A stretch of DNA of 62,793 nucleotides, taken from IMG/VR virus record IMGVR_UViG_3300035659_000011, positions 1 through 62,793 of that record; one strand, 5' to 3'. Positions 1 through 10,222 of the stretch are shown here, piece after piece. This DNA comes from a virus (taxonomy: Duplodnaviria > Caudoviricetes). The notes beneath the pieces are model-generated. The model saw only the letters and a list, made by a program, of their open reading frames with translations. It made no database searches and had not been told where the DNA came from. The position numbers and the translations under genes are program-made. How positions within the stretch are numbered: the first letter of the stretch is position 1; each line of letters opens with the position of its first letter.

Positions 1-243
1 GCTGCGCTTAGCAGCTTCTGAAACGTGAATATTTGCTTCGTCGTACTTTGTCAAATCAACTAGTTCAATAACATCTCTTACATGACTCAATGAATCATTC
101 TTTTCAATCTCATATTTATATTTGTTTACGATGAAATCTATAAGTTCATCTGTGATATTAGCAGAGTCTATTAACTCAGTAATTTCTGCTGGTGTTAGTG
201 TCAGATTCTCAATTTTCTTGATTACGCTGTTTATTTTCTTCAT
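1..243 (-). CDS. hypothetical protein (partial, runs off window start)
   Basis: Manual translation MKKINSVIKKIENLTLTPAEITELIDS... is open to position 1 and overlaps the end of the upstream ORF. Confidence 0.6.
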   Translation of the reverse strand, partial: MKKINSVIKKIENLTLTPAEITELIDSANITDELIDFIVNKYKYEIEKNDSLSHVRDVIELVDLTKYDEANIHVSEAAKRS

Positions 244-541
244 TTCGAAATACTTTGAATCTGCTTGAGCTATTAGCATGCTTTATGAAGTGATCTAGCT
301 TAAACTTGAATTCATCAACTACTTCTTGTAAATCACGACCAATTATCATTTCATAATAAAACACAAACCCGTAATCTTTACTTTGTTTGAGCTTATCTGG
401 ATCACCTATTCCAACAACTGACATTTCTTCATCTTTTGTGACCCAGACTTTACCTTTAAGACCGCGCTGCTCAATGTATCGTTCGCAAATCGTTATGAAA
501 ACATCAATTTGCTGTTCAACTATTCGGTAATACCTACTCAT
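209..541 (-). CDS. hypothetical protein
   Basis: 110 aa ORF in a tightly packed minus-strand run. Confidence 0.7.
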   Translation of the reverse strand: MSRYYRIVEQQIDVFITICERYIEQRGLKGKVWVTKDEEMSVVGIGDPDKLKQSKDYGFVFYYEMIIGRDLQEVVDEFKFKLDHFIKHANSSSRFKVFRNEENKQRNQEN

Positions 542-702
542 TTGACAGATTCATCAATAATTGTTGATAGATTGTCATCAAGAAACTTCTTAACAGTCAA
601 TTTAGTAACTTTTGCCAATATGGCTTTTTCTACTGCATTAGCAACAATCTGTCGTACAATTTGTTCTTCATACAACTTCTTTTTAATTACGCTATCTGGC
701 AT
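538..702 (-). CDS. small hypothetical protein (54 aa)
   Basis: Manual translation MPDSVIKKKLYEEQIVRQ...; ATGA overlap with the next gene. Confidence 0.55.
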   Translation of the reverse strand: MPDSVIKKKLYEEQIVRQIVANAVEKAILAKVTKLTVKKFLDDNLSTIIDESVK

Positions 703-1028
703 ATTAATCTCATTACATCATCAAAAGTTTTACAGCTTGCTAAATCTATCTGAAAATTAACGACATCATCATGAGTTATTATGTGTTTACTTTTTAACTG
801 TATTTTCTTATCTAAACTATTAAATATCGAATTTATCTCAGACTGTGATTTAACTTTACTTAATTGTTCTTGCACAGTATCATTGATTGTCGTTTGACCA
901 TCATAGAATGACAATGAGACTTTACAGGTAGGACAATTAAAAGTCATTAATTCTGGCTGTTTCTTGAGGAATACTTCAAATGATGAATTGCATGAGGGAC
1001 AATTGAAAGATATGCACGGTGTCTTCAT
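687..1028 (-). CDS. Zn-ribbon protein
   Basis: Two CPxC motifs (CPSC, CPTC); GGAGG RBS upstream. Confidence 0.7.
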   Translation of the reverse strand: MKTPCISFNCPSCNSSFEVFLKKQPELMTFNCPTCKVSLSFYDGQTTINDTVQEQLSKVKSQSEINSIFNSLDKKIQLKSKHIITHDDVVNFQIDLASCKTFDDVMRLICQIA

Positions 1029-1044
1029 ATTGTCCCTCCTGTTC

Positions 1045-1341
1045 TTAAGGTGAAGCTTTTACTCGTTCAATCTTAGGTTTAAGTGCGTTTTCATATGCTT
1101 CAAGTACTTTGTCATCAATCAATTGTCTAAACGTGTTGTTAATAGGATGAGCAGTGTCTTGAAAGCTACCATCTTTTCGTTTGAAATTCGGCATAACTAC
1201 AAAAAATCCCTTTGAACCTTCAATCACTCGAACGTTGCGTACTATGAAAACTTCATCAAATATGATATTAGCAAAGCACTTGAGCTTGCTATTCACTTCT
1301 TTATTATGAGGAAAAATAATCTGTACGTCTGTTATGTTCAT
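1045..1341 (-). CDS. spoVG: SpoVG family RNA/DNA-binding regulator
   Basis: MNITDV...LKCFANIIFDEVFIVRNVRVIEGSKGFFVVMP...DGSFQDTAHPIN...VLEAY matches the SpoVG consensus. Confidence 0.93.
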   Translation of the reverse strand: MNITDVQIIFPHNKEVNSKLKCFANIIFDEVFIVRNVRVIEGSKGFFVVMPNFKRKDGSFQDTAHPINNTFRQLIDDKVLEAYENALKPKIERVKASP

Positions 1342-1368
1342 AATTTATTCTTGTGAATCTGATTCAAT

Positions 1369-1773
1369 TTATTTACTGATTGCCAATTTCAATTCTTCAA
1401 ATGGAAACTCATCAAAACTAACAATACCTTTATCTTTAAACTGTACCATGCAACTTGCTTTATTCACCGATACTATTTTACCAAGAACTGACCTGTTAAT
1501 AATTTCTACAGCATCATTTATATTGAAACTTTGTAATTCTTTATGACTTTTACTATCGAAAAGCTCAATTGCTATGTTTTCATGCTGCTTTGCTATAAAC
1601 CGTACAATCTTATCTGGTTCAAAAAATATTTGTTCTATTCCACCATAGCAGCTTGCTTCTCTAATACTTATCTTCTTGTACAATGTCCGTTTATAGAAAA
1701 ATAGACTTGCTACAGGAACGTTCTTGAACATTATTTTCTTAGACGGAATAGCCGTAATTTTACGCATAGTCAA
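1369..1773 (-). CDS. hypothetical protein
   Basis: 134 aa ORF; C-terminus looks SH3/KOW-like. Confidence 0.6.
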   Translation of the reverse strand: MTMRKITAIPSKKIMFKNVPVASLFFYKRTLYKKISIREASCYGGIEQIFFEPDKIVRFIAKQHENIAIELFDSKSHKELQSFNINDAVEIINRSVLGKIVSVNKASCMVQFKDKGIVSFDEFPFEELKLAISK

Positions 1774-1790
1774 TTATCTGTTTGAATATT

Positions 1791-2099
1791 TTAACTGAAC
1801 CAAATTTTTTTGATATCAGCTATTACTTTTTCATCTGACGCGCTTTTTCTGATCAATTTGATGTTTTCCATCTGTGCAAAATCTTTTGTGGAACCATCAT
1901 CAAATCTAATATTGACAGATTCTCGATCAAAATTAACGACACGTCCTTCGTTATTGTCATACTCTACTATATCACCCAACTGTACAATACCGCCATTATT
2001 ATACAATAAGCGTTTTCGTTGATTCAAAAATTCAGAACGTTTTTCCAAGTGTGACATCTGACACAGTATCCTTGTCAGGTGAATAAACATCAACGTCAT
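1791..2099 (-). CDS. hypothetical protein (start uncertain)
   Basis: ORF with a KOW/SH3-like segment (LGDIVEY..EGRVV). Confidence 0.5.
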   Translation of the reverse strand: MTLMFIHLTRILCQMSHLEKRSEFLNQRKRLLYNNGGIVQLGDIVEYDNNEGRVVNFDRESVNIRFDDGSTKDFAQMENIKLIRKSASDEKVIADIKKIWFS

Positions 2100-3924
2100 A
2101 CTGATTAGTAGGTTTCATGTACATACTAACATCACTTGCAGTTTTCTTAATAATCGCTTTAACATCTGAACTAAATGCAACTTTATTTGTAACTTGGGGT
2201 TCTAACACTCTTACTAATGACAATGTTGATGTCCACGATGTTGATGCAATCTTACGAACTACATTGATGTCTTTAGCATATTTTAGTGCAACATCGGTAA
2301 GTTGCTTGACAAGTGAAGAACTAATTTTCTTTACACCCTTATTCACGTCAGCAATGAAATATCGAATTGTATCAGTATTATTTGAATCCTTTAATTTCGA
2401 TGCAATTCGATCTAATTCAAACTTATTCGCTAAATTAACTGACTTTGCATGCTCGATAACACTTGCAGCTTGTTTCTTGGTATCCACAGCTGCATTCTTA
2501 ACAATTGTTAATCCTGTAATCTTACAAATTCCTGATGTATTGTCTGATAGTTTACACAACGGTCCTTCTTTAATTTGGAAAATCATATTATTTGCACGAC
2601 GATTCAACATCGGTAACACTGCTTGTAATTCACTTGCATTAGAATATAGATTAGAATCAATATACGTAAGACCCAGCATCTGAGCTTCTTTATCAGCTGC
2701 TAATTTGCCCATAACGTGATTTGCAACATCAGCACTATAAGATTTAGATACTGCAGACTTGATTGCGTCATCTGATTGTCTGAGTGTCTTTAAAGTGTAC
2801 GCCATCTTAGTAGCGCTGTCAATTGATGCTACAGATGTCTTATTGTGCAATTTAGTAGATGAAGATTCCTTCGTAATTGCATCTCTAGAATTAGCAGTCA
2901 ACGACTTTGTACTCAAGAAATTAATGTAACGCTTAAGATCATCACGAGCTTCTTTTAAGAATGTTTCTACTCTAGTATTACTATACTTCTTTGTCAATTC
3001 AGATTTTGCAGTACGAATTGAAGGATTGTTTATAAGTAACTGCTTAAATGCGTTAGACATCTCGATGTCGTCTTTACCCATTTTAATAGCAGCTTCTTTA
3101 TTCTTAAGCTCATTTGCAATTGTCTCTTTTACAGCTAATCTAGTATTTATATGCTGTTTAGCTGTTCTTCTGGTATTGACATCAATCAAAAAATCACTCA
3201 CAACTTTTTCAGGATTTTCAGATGCCAATCTGCTGTAATATTTCGTAATATCAGACGCTTTGATGAAAAACGAATTGACATATTTAAGCGACGCAAACTT
3301 ATTAAGAACAAACTTTGCTTCACTAGCTGTCTTAATAGCAGTAGAATCAACAATGTTCAATCCCAGTTTAACACAGCAGTTGCTTTTATTGAAATTACAA
3401 TCATTACACTTTGCAGACCGTTTAACGTCTCTAATAGCTATACTTGAAACATGGCTAGCATTCTTCAAAAGAGTAGATAGATCATTACATGTGTCGACTA
3501 ATGAAGCGTCAACATAAACATGACCAAGTTTACCATATTCTGGTTCTAATTTAGCTATATCAAATGCTTTGATTTCAATGGATTCATATTTTTTCTTAAG
3601 CACTGATGCTACTTTTTCAAGACTCAACCCTGTCATCAATAATTTTCTAGCTTCTTTTTCAATACTTTCACTTGATGCTAACACTGTTGGGCGGTTATCT
3701 GGATGTCGAATTGAATCGCTTAACATTGGTGCCGGTGTAGAATCTGTGGCTGATGACTTGTCCCAAGTAGATGATATTCCTGTATAAGCAGCTTTATGCT
3801 TAACAGCTAGAGTATCATCTTTCAAGTCTTCATTTGTAAAGTTTGGTGACTCATCATTGGCTAACTTCTCAAGCCAAGGTGACATAGGCTGACGTTGATC
3901 ATCAAACATCTGTGCTTTTTTCAT
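2032..3924 (-). CDS. large hypothetical protein with an internal duplicated Cys-containing domain, possibly virion-associated
   Basis: 630 aa; repeated unit LGHVYVDASL..C..CCVKLGLNIV / LGLTYIDSNL..C..CKITGLTIV. Confidence 0.7.
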   Translation of the reverse strand: MKKAQMFDDQRQPMSPWLEKLANDESPNFTNEDLKDDTLAVKHKAAYTGISSTWDKSSATDSTPAPMLSDSIRHPDNRPTVLASSESIEKEARKLLMTGLSLEKVASVLKKKYESIEIKAFDIAKLEPEYGKLGHVYVDASLVDTCNDLSTLLKNASHVSSIAIRDVKRSAKCNDCNFNKSNCCVKLGLNIVDSTAIKTASEAKFVLNKFASLKYVNSFFIKASDITKYYSRLASENPEKVVSDFLIDVNTRRTAKQHINTRLAVKETIANELKNKEAAIKMGKDDIEMSNAFKQLLINNPSIRTAKSELTKKYSNTRVETFLKEARDDLKRYINFLSTKSLTANSRDAITKESSSTKLHNKTSVASIDSATKMAYTLKTLRQSDDAIKSAVSKSYSADVANHVMGKLAADKEAQMLGLTYIDSNLYSNASELQAVLPMLNRRANNMIFQIKEGPLCKLSDNTSGICKITGLTIVKNAAVDTKKQAASVIEHAKSVNLANKFELDRIASKLKDSNNTDTIRYFIADVNKGVKKISSSLVKQLTDVALKYAKDINVVRKIASTSWTSTLSLVRVLEPQVTNKVAFSSDVKAIIKKTASDVSMYMKPTNQYDVDVYSPDKDTVSDVTLGKTF

Positions 3925-3934
3925 GTTTTATCCT

Positions 3935-4339
3935 TTACTTACCAGAAGCTAAGCCGTTGTTTTCATCAAATGATCTGACTGCATACTGTTTGTCGTCAGA
4001 TATCTTCCAAAAATCGTTAGTTGCAGCGTCTTGATAAAGATCATTACGACCGGCGACTTTAACAAACCGTCCCTCTCTACGAGCAATCCTAACTTGATGC
4101 AATGTCAACTTTTCTGCAGCTGCTTTTTCCATAACTGCCTTTTCAGTAGCTGCCTTTTCAATAGGATGAGTTCCACTAGCAACTTTATCTGCTTCAAGCT
4201 TTTCAACCGGTTCAGCATCGACAGGCACTGAATTTACAAGAGACGCAGCAGTCTTTGTAAGACCTTTGTGTTCCTCTTTTGTCAAAGCTTTGACTAAATT
4301 ATCAAGAAATGTTGATTGACCTTCACGATTTGACAGCAT
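3935..4339 (-). CDS. hypothetical protein
   Basis: 134 aa; DFWKIS motif shared with the neighbour. Confidence 0.7.
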   Translation of the reverse strand: MLSNREGQSTFLDNLVKALTKEEHKGLTKTAASLVNSVPVDAEPVEKLEADKVASGTHPIEKAATEKAVMEKAAAEKLTLHQVRIARREGRFVKVAGRNDLYQDAATNDFWKISDDKQYAVRSFDENNGLASGK

Positions 4340-4342
4340 ATG

Positions 4343-4606
4343 TTATCCTTTCACTTTGGTTGGAACAATTCTAATTAGTCGATTTTTACTAATTGTCCAA
4401 AAATCAGGCGTTGCTATATCTTGATGCATGTCCATTTCAGGCTGTTGTATTCGACTAAAAGAATATGATGCAGATGCTGTCTTTTTAGTTTTACATTCTT
4501 CAATTGTACTCGACATCATCATTCTTGCATCATCACCATCGCCCTCAAACACTTCACCAGCAATTAGATCAATATGGTCTTCAGCAATTCTATCAAGCAC
4601 GTTCAT
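4343..4606 (-). CDS. hypothetical protein
   Basis: 87 aa; DFWTIS motif. Confidence 0.65.
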   Translation of the reverse strand: MNVLDRIAEDHIDLIAGEVFEGDGDDARMMMSSTIEECKTKKTASASYSFSRIQQPEMDMHQDIATPDFWTISKNRLIRIVPTKVKG

Positions 4607-4608
4607 AG

Positions 4609-5112
4609 TTATGCCTTAGGCTTTGATTTCTGAACGTTTTCAGGTTTCTTAGGCTCTAATTCTAATTTCGATTTATCAGGAACAGGCTTTGCAGGAACTG
4701 GCTTAGGCTGTGCAGGTTGTGCTTGTGGTTGCGGCTTCTTAATATCAGCTTCTTTTTCTGCATTACCTTCTTCATCTTCATCATAGAATTCTTTTGAAGC
4801 ATCATCGAAGCCTTTAACATCCTGCATAACTTGTTGTGCTAAATTCATCGGCCGATTCTTAAGAATTGTTCTCTTATCATTAAATTCAAACTGACTCATT
4901 GAATTAACAATACTTTGAATCGAACCAGTAAATCTAGCTGTATAAAGCTTAAGAGCATCAACTGCTGACTGAAACTGGTCTTTAGTCAATGTCTCATTCT
5001 CAACTGCATTTGCTAACTCTTCAATGATCAAGTCATCTTTGTAACCTTCTACAACTGCATTAACAATGGCGTCAACGACCGATCCATCTTTTTTAAGTTC
5101 AAGAACTGCCAT
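4609..5112 (-). CDS. hypothetical protein with Pro/Lys-rich tail
   Basis: 167 aa; AGGAGG RBS. Confidence 0.7.
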   Translation of the reverse strand: MAVLELKKDGSVVDAIVNAVVEGYKDDLIIEELANAVENETLTKDQFQSAVDALKLYTARFTGSIQSIVNSMSQFEFNDKRTILKNRPMNLAQQVMQDVKGFDDASKEFYDEDEEGNAEKEADIKKPQPQAQPAQPKPVPAKPVPDKSKLELEPKKPENVQKSKPKA

Positions 5113-5200
5113 AACGTCCTCCTGTATTTTTCTATAAAACTACAAAATACAAAGTATGCGATTTCACAAATATAGATAGTTTATCAAACTTTGATCAACT

Positions 5201-6157
5201 TCATCGCTTGAAGAAAGAACGGAGCTTTTTAAGTTTAATGCGGTCGAACTTAATTTTCTTATGCCGTAAACGATTGTTTGACTTTGTTATACTCAGTTTT
5301 CTAAGCTTTATCGGCTTCTTATGACTAACTGTCTTAATAGGCACTGTGCTTACTTGTCGATCTCGTTCATCATTATCACTATTGCCATTAAATTGTGCGT
5401 AGTTGTCAACCTGCGTCATGACCTTCATTCTTGTCTGTGAACTATACAATGACTTTTGCTTCGTCAAGTTGTCAAACACTAAATAGTACTTTGCTGCTCT
5501 CTCATCTACTTTCACTTTTCGTTTCAATTTCTTTAGACCTTGCTTCAATCTAGCTGACACTGCAGATTGTGATATGCCCAATTCTTTAGATACAATCCTC
5601 TGATTGTGCTTTAAGAAATATAACATCATCGCTTCTAATTGACGCTTAGACATGTGTTGTGCCAAGCAATTCCTCATGTCATTCACGTCAATCTTGCGAT
5701 TATTGTAGAAATGTAATATCCTATGTATAGCTCTCTTCTTATAATAATTCACCATTTCTTGTGACAAGCCCAATATCACACCAATATCTTCTTGTATCTT
5801 ATTATAGTCAAATATCAATGTCATTATGTCACGTTCAAAGTCTGGTAACAGATTATGAATGATGAATCTAATCTCAGCTAATCTCTCTTCTTCATCATCA
5901 TCATAATGACTTAATGACCTGGACGTTGCATTTTCATCAGCAGAAAAAAATGTAGATAACACATTATTATCAATTGCGATTTCTTTACGAAAACCAACTG
6001 CTCTAAATGTAGACTTGATATAATTATTGCGATTTTTTGTAGTAGTAATATCTATTTTTGCATCATTGAACGCATCAAATATAGTATCTGATGCTGTTTG
6101 CTTATCTTTATCAGTCATCAAATCTTTAGGTAATTCAGAAAAGAATGATTTATTCAT
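5201..6157 (-). CDS. sigma-70 region 4-like protein with tandem HTHs (putative phage sigma factor/transcription factor)
   Basis: LPDFERDIMTL..QEDIGVILGLSQEMVNYYKKRAI and QRIVSKELGISQSAVSARLKQGLKKL HTH motifs. Confidence 0.7.
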   Translation of the reverse strand: MNKSFFSELPKDLMTDKDKQTASDTIFDAFNDAKIDITTTKNRNNYIKSTFRAVGFRKEIAIDNNVLSTFFSADENATSRSLSHYDDDEEERLAEIRFIIHNLLPDFERDIMTLIFDYNKIQEDIGVILGLSQEMVNYYKKRAIHRILHFYNNRKIDVNDMRNCLAQHMSKRQLEAMMLYFLKHNQRIVSKELGISQSAVSARLKQGLKKLKRKVKVDERAAKYYLVFDNLTKQKSLYSSQTRMKVMTQVDNYAQFNGNSDNDERDRQVSTVPIKTVSHKKPIKLRKLSITKSNNRLRHKKIKFDRIKLKKLRSFFKR

Positions 6158-6324
6158 AGTTCTATACTATTATCGATAGTCTGTGAATCATTCAAATTCA
6201 AAATATCAGGCGAACACTCACAACAATATAACTTACCATCTTTAGTAACTGATGCAGGTCTATCACATATACAACATCTATTGACTACAGACATTGGTTG
6301 TGGTGCACCATGTTTCTCAAACAT
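6154..6324 (-). CDS. small Zn-finger protein (56 aa)
   Basis: Manual translation with CCICD...YCCEC; fills the gap between genes. Confidence 0.55.
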   Translation of the reverse strand: MFEKHGAPQPMSVVNRCCICDRPASVTKDGKLYCCECSPDILNLNDSQTIDNSIEL

Positions 6325-6326
6325 TT

Positions 6327-6515
6327 TTACCCTTCTTTCTTTTTAGTTGAAAGTGTGTCTATATTTGCATCTTCTAGTGGACACCATTCTGGAACAGAAT
6401 GTGTATCAACAATAAGTTTCTTAGTCAATATGCAAAATGGTTCTTCTTTCAATACATCTCCACTTGCACAATTACAATCACCACAATTTCTGATAATTGC
6501 TAGTTTGTATTTCAT
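6327..6515 (-). CDS. small Cys-rich hypothetical protein
   Basis: CGDC..C..PEWCPL motif. Confidence 0.65.
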   Translation of the reverse strand: MKYKLAIIRNCGDCNCASGDVLKEEPFCILTKKLIVDTHSVPEWCPLEDANIDTLSTKKKEG

Positions 6516-6518
6516 TTC

Positions 6519-7448
6519 TTATTCCCATACACAAGATTGAGGTTCTTTGTCCAATCGTAAACAGTTAGATCCAGAGTCAACTAATCTTGGATTCTTATAG
6601 CTATTTAATGTTTTTGACTCCGATATGAATTGAATTACTTTACCAGTATAATACTCAATCTTTGATCTAAAATCTGATGCTTGCTCTTTTGTCAACCCAC
6701 TTATATTCGCAACATGTGTTAACCGGTTATATCTATACTGACTCACTTTTATTGATGCTACAAAATCATCAGGATACTGTTCATTGAGATTGAAACCTGT
6801 AATCACACCATCATATGTATCAAACTTCTTAAGTTTCTTCCACCACTTCGATCTGTCACTCTCATATTCTGATTCAACAAACTTGAATACTACGCCCTTC
6901 TCTTCATGATTTGATTCTAATAATTGTTTCCAAAAGACTTGTTTATCAGTCTTCTTAATTAGCCCGCTGATTAACTCAATATTACAAGTCGGTGTAACTA
7001 CTGACGCTAATTTTGATTTCCTAAATGATAATGTCTTACTCGTCAACAATTTATCTTCAAAAGCCATAATATCAAAAATCACATACGATAAGAAACCATA
7101 TTGTTCTTGCAACGTTATTGCATCATCAATACCTGAATTAATAATTTGTAAAGTGTCAGCTACAGGCCGTCCCGGTAAATAAACCTCACCATCAAACAAT
7201 GTTCCCTTTGGCAATTTCATCTTAACTATATCTTCATATATTCTGCGAAATTTCAATCTCAATAGACTAATATCTTCGTGACCCTCTCGACCATATCGAC
7301 CAGCAAAAGATACATCATCATTTATCAAACATTGTATTCGTCGACCATTGATTTTAGGTTCTTGAATCCAATCGGCATCTTCAAATTGTTCGTCAGACTT
7401 CTCTAACTTCAAAATTGACGGGTCCATCAACTTCAAAAAATCTATCAT
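6519..7448 (-). CDS. ATP-dependent DNA ligase
   Basis: Motif I EPKINGRR, FDGEV, YVIFDIM, KGVVFK, WWKKLK, plus a C-terminal OB-fold. Confidence 0.88.
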   Translation of the reverse strand: MIDFLKLMDPSILKLEKSDEQFEDADWIQEPKINGRRIQCLINDDVSFAGRYGREGHEDISLLRLKFRRIYEDIVKMKLPKGTLFDGEVYLPGRPVADTLQIINSGIDDAITLQEQYGFLSYVIFDIMAFEDKLLTSKTLSFRKSKLASVVTPTCNIELISGLIKKTDKQVFWKQLLESNHEEKGVVFKFVESEYESDRSKWWKKLKKFDTYDGVITGFNLNEQYPDDFVASIKVSQYRYNRLTHVANISGLTKEQASDFRSKIEYYTGKVIQFISESKTLNSYKNPRLVDSGSNCLRLDKEPQSCVWE

Positions 7449-7479
7449 GAATACTTATTGCAAAAAATTGGCAGGAAGT

Positions 7480-7791
7480 TTACGAAGATGTGATAATGTG
7501 AAATTTGTCAATTGTATCGCAGTAACTAGCAGCCCACATATTAAGATCATTAACGAACTTATCTTTATCACCTCTACCATGAACTACTAACTTATTCATC
7601 ATCTCATTTTTAACACCAACACAACCATACGAATCAATATCAAATAACTCTATTGCACGTTTAATTGCTATCAACACGTCATCATCTAATCTTTCAAAAG
7701 TATGATTGTCGAACATAAACAAAATCATAATAGTCTTTCTGACGGTGTCAGCATGCAAATTATTGCTGCACATAAAAAATATGATAACCAC
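7480..7791 (-). CDS. hypothetical protein
   Basis: ORF; start uncertain. Confidence 0.5.
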   Translation of the reverse strand: MVIIFFMCSNNLHADTVRKTIMILFMFDNHTFERLDDDVLIAIKRAIELFDIDSYGCVGVKNEMMNKLVVHGRGDKDKFVNDLNMWAASYCDTIDKFHIITSS

Positions 7792-7852
7792 TGTGATACA
7801 AGCATATACAAATATTCGCGCGTCAACAAGAAAACTAAACTTACTAGCAGCT

Positions 7853-10114
7853 TTAATTGTAAAATACTTTGCTCCCTAATTTAGCATCTTTCCTAACATT
7901 TATCATACTTGAAAATGACTCTTTCAACTCTGTTATATGCGACACTAACATCACTTTCTTATAGTCACTCTCTATAAATCTCATAATCTCAATAAATTGA
8001 TCAATACCCTCTTGATCTAATGCTGCTATTCTCTCATCAATAATCAATGTCTGACTTCGTTTACCGGAACGCTTTGTCAACAAGAATGACAATGACAACA
8101 ATATTGAAAATACTATTCTAACAGTTTCACCACCACTATACATATTCAACAATCTTGACGGCTTACCCTTCTGGAATATAACTACATCTAACCCTCCTTG
8201 CTTCTTCAACTTACCAGATTTAGTCACTGGATCTAAGTCAAACTTAACTTGCAATTCTGTATTACCCGTAAACTTTGACAAAAATTCGTTAGTCTTTGCT
8301 TCCAATAACGGCACATTATCATTAATGATATCCTTTTGAATACCGTTTTTACCAAATGAAAAACTCAATTCAGTACATATTCTAAGCTCATCTTGCAATT
8401 CAGCAATCTCAGTTTTTATTGTTTTGACGTCTTCAGCTGCTAAAGTTGCCTGTTCTAACTTTGATGTCAGTGAACCAAGTTTAGTGGAGCATTCAGTCTT
8501 ACCTTCAGTTTCAGTAAAAACATCACCATTTATAACTTTGATTTGTCGTTCAACTGTTACTAATTCAGTTGCAAAATCTGATGCTATATGCTTTTCAATT
8601 TCAGCTTTCTTATTTTCGACAGTATCAATCTCAGTCTTCATTGATGCAATTCTTTTATCTAACAACTCTTTTGACAATGTCAATTCGTCAACTTTAGTTC
8701 TATACTTAATCTTTGTCTTTGGCATCTGCTCTTTTGCAACTTTGATCTGATCCAAATTACTTATAGCTGTTGCAAGTTTTGATGTTAATGTAGATTCACG
8801 ATCAGTTCGTTTGATGATAGTTTCTAATTGACCATCAAGTTCAGTAATACTTTCTCTAGTAAAAGTCAAATCCTTTTGTACTTGTTCTAATTGACTATTA
8901 TACTTAGAAATGACTGCATCAAGCTCATTAATTGTCTTTTTCTTATTAACATCTGACAATTTATCGCAAGTCTCTTCTGTAATTGGACATATAGCGCCAG
9001 CTTTTTCAATTTTCTTTTTCTTATCAGTTATTGCTCTTATATTAGTATTGATCTCAGTTTGCTTCTGAATCAATGTTTCTTTTGAAGTAATATGAGACGT
9101 TAACTTCTCTTTAATTGCTGGCATCTTTGCTTTTTCAACAGCAATTGCTTTCAATGATTCTTGATGTTTAGCTTTTTGATCTAAATACTCTTGTTCTGAA
9201 TCAATTGATTTCTGTAATTGTTCAATAGCCTCAATACCCTCGTCAATTGTCGTCTCAATTGCAGCAGACTTTTCAATTTCATCTTTCTCTAATTGCTGTT
9301 TTTGTTTTTTCAATAATTGAATTTGTTGTTCGACATCAACTAATTGTTTTTTATTTTGCTCTTGTTTTGATATACTGAGATTTATTTGTTCTCGTTTTGT
9401 TTGCAATTTAGCAAGATGTTCTTGAAGATGCTTAATCGTATTTGTGTGAGTTTGAATTTGTGCAGACGTTAATGATACATTAGTCTTAATTGTCGATACT
9501 TGCTCGGCTAACTGTACTTTGTCATTTAGTACAATAGACTTTGATTGAATTTTGCTATCTGCTTCTTTAGCTGATTCTTTTGCAATTTCTGCTGCTTGTT
9601 CATATATTTGACTACCTAAAAGATTGCAAAACAGTTCTTTCCTATCAGAGGCATCACCTTCAATAAATGATGATTCTTCTCTCTGACCTAAAAATACACT
9701 ATTTGAAAATATGTTGTAGTCATAGCCTAATATATTAGATAGTAATTCGTCAGTCTTTCTTTTCGTGTCATCAGATATCAATCGCCACTTTACATCTTCT
9801 AGCTTTTCATTAACTTTGTCAATATACAATTCATTTATTGTGCCTGCCTTACCATATTGTCTGATCTTCTTATATCGCGAGTTATCCATCAAGAAAATTG
9901 TTTCAACTCTTAGTGTCAAGCATTGATCGTTAATGTAGTCAGACAATGATTTGCCTCGACCGACGCCCCACCAACAAAATGGTACTGCTTCTAACAATGC
10001 ACTCTTACCTTCACCATTACTGCCAGCTATCAATAACGTGCGATAAGGTCTGAAATCTACTTCTTCATCGATGTAACTCATAAAGCCTTGGAGTTTGATT
10101 TTTTCGATAATCAT
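7853..10114 (-). CDS. sbcC: SbcC/Rad50 SMC-like ATPase
   Basis: Walker A GSNGEGKS, long coiled coil with CPIT hook region, signature YSGGE, Walker B LIIDE, LVSH. Confidence 0.93.
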   Translation of the reverse strand: MIIEKIKLQGFMSYIDEEVDFRPYRTLLIAGSNGEGKSALLEAVPFCWWGVGRGKSLSDYINDQCLTLRVETIFLMDNSRYKKIRQYGKAGTINELYIDKVNEKLEDVKWRLISDDTKRKTDELLSNILGYDYNIFSNSVFLGQREESSFIEGDASDRKELFCNLLGSQIYEQAAEIAKESAKEADSKIQSKSIVLNDKVQLAEQVSTIKTNVSLTSAQIQTHTNTIKHLQEHLAKLQTKREQINLSISKQEQNKKQLVDVEQQIQLLKKQKQQLEKDEIEKSAAIETTIDEGIEAIEQLQKSIDSEQEYLDQKAKHQESLKAIAVEKAKMPAIKEKLTSHITSKETLIQKQTEINTNIRAITDKKKKIEKAGAICPITEETCDKLSDVNKKKTINELDAVISKYNSQLEQVQKDLTFTRESITELDGQLETIIKRTDRESTLTSKLATAISNLDQIKVAKEQMPKTKIKYRTKVDELTLSKELLDKRIASMKTEIDTVENKKAEIEKHIASDFATELVTVERQIKVINGDVFTETEGKTECSTKLGSLTSKLEQATLAAEDVKTIKTEIAELQDELRICTELSFSFGKNGIQKDIINDNVPLLEAKTNEFLSKFTGNTELQVKFDLDPVTKSGKLKKQGGLDVVIFQKGKPSRLLNMYSGGETVRIVFSILLSLSFLLTKRSGKRSQTLIIDERIAALDQEGIDQFIEIMRFIESDYKKVMLVSHITELKESFSSMINVRKDAKLGSKVFYN

Positions 10115-10222
10115 TTGTAAATCCTTTTTTGACAGACAAAATCACGACAATTTATTGTTGTCAGTTACAAGCCACAGGTTTACAAAAGATCAGGAAATGA
10201 AGTCAAACTTAGTAGCAGGCGA

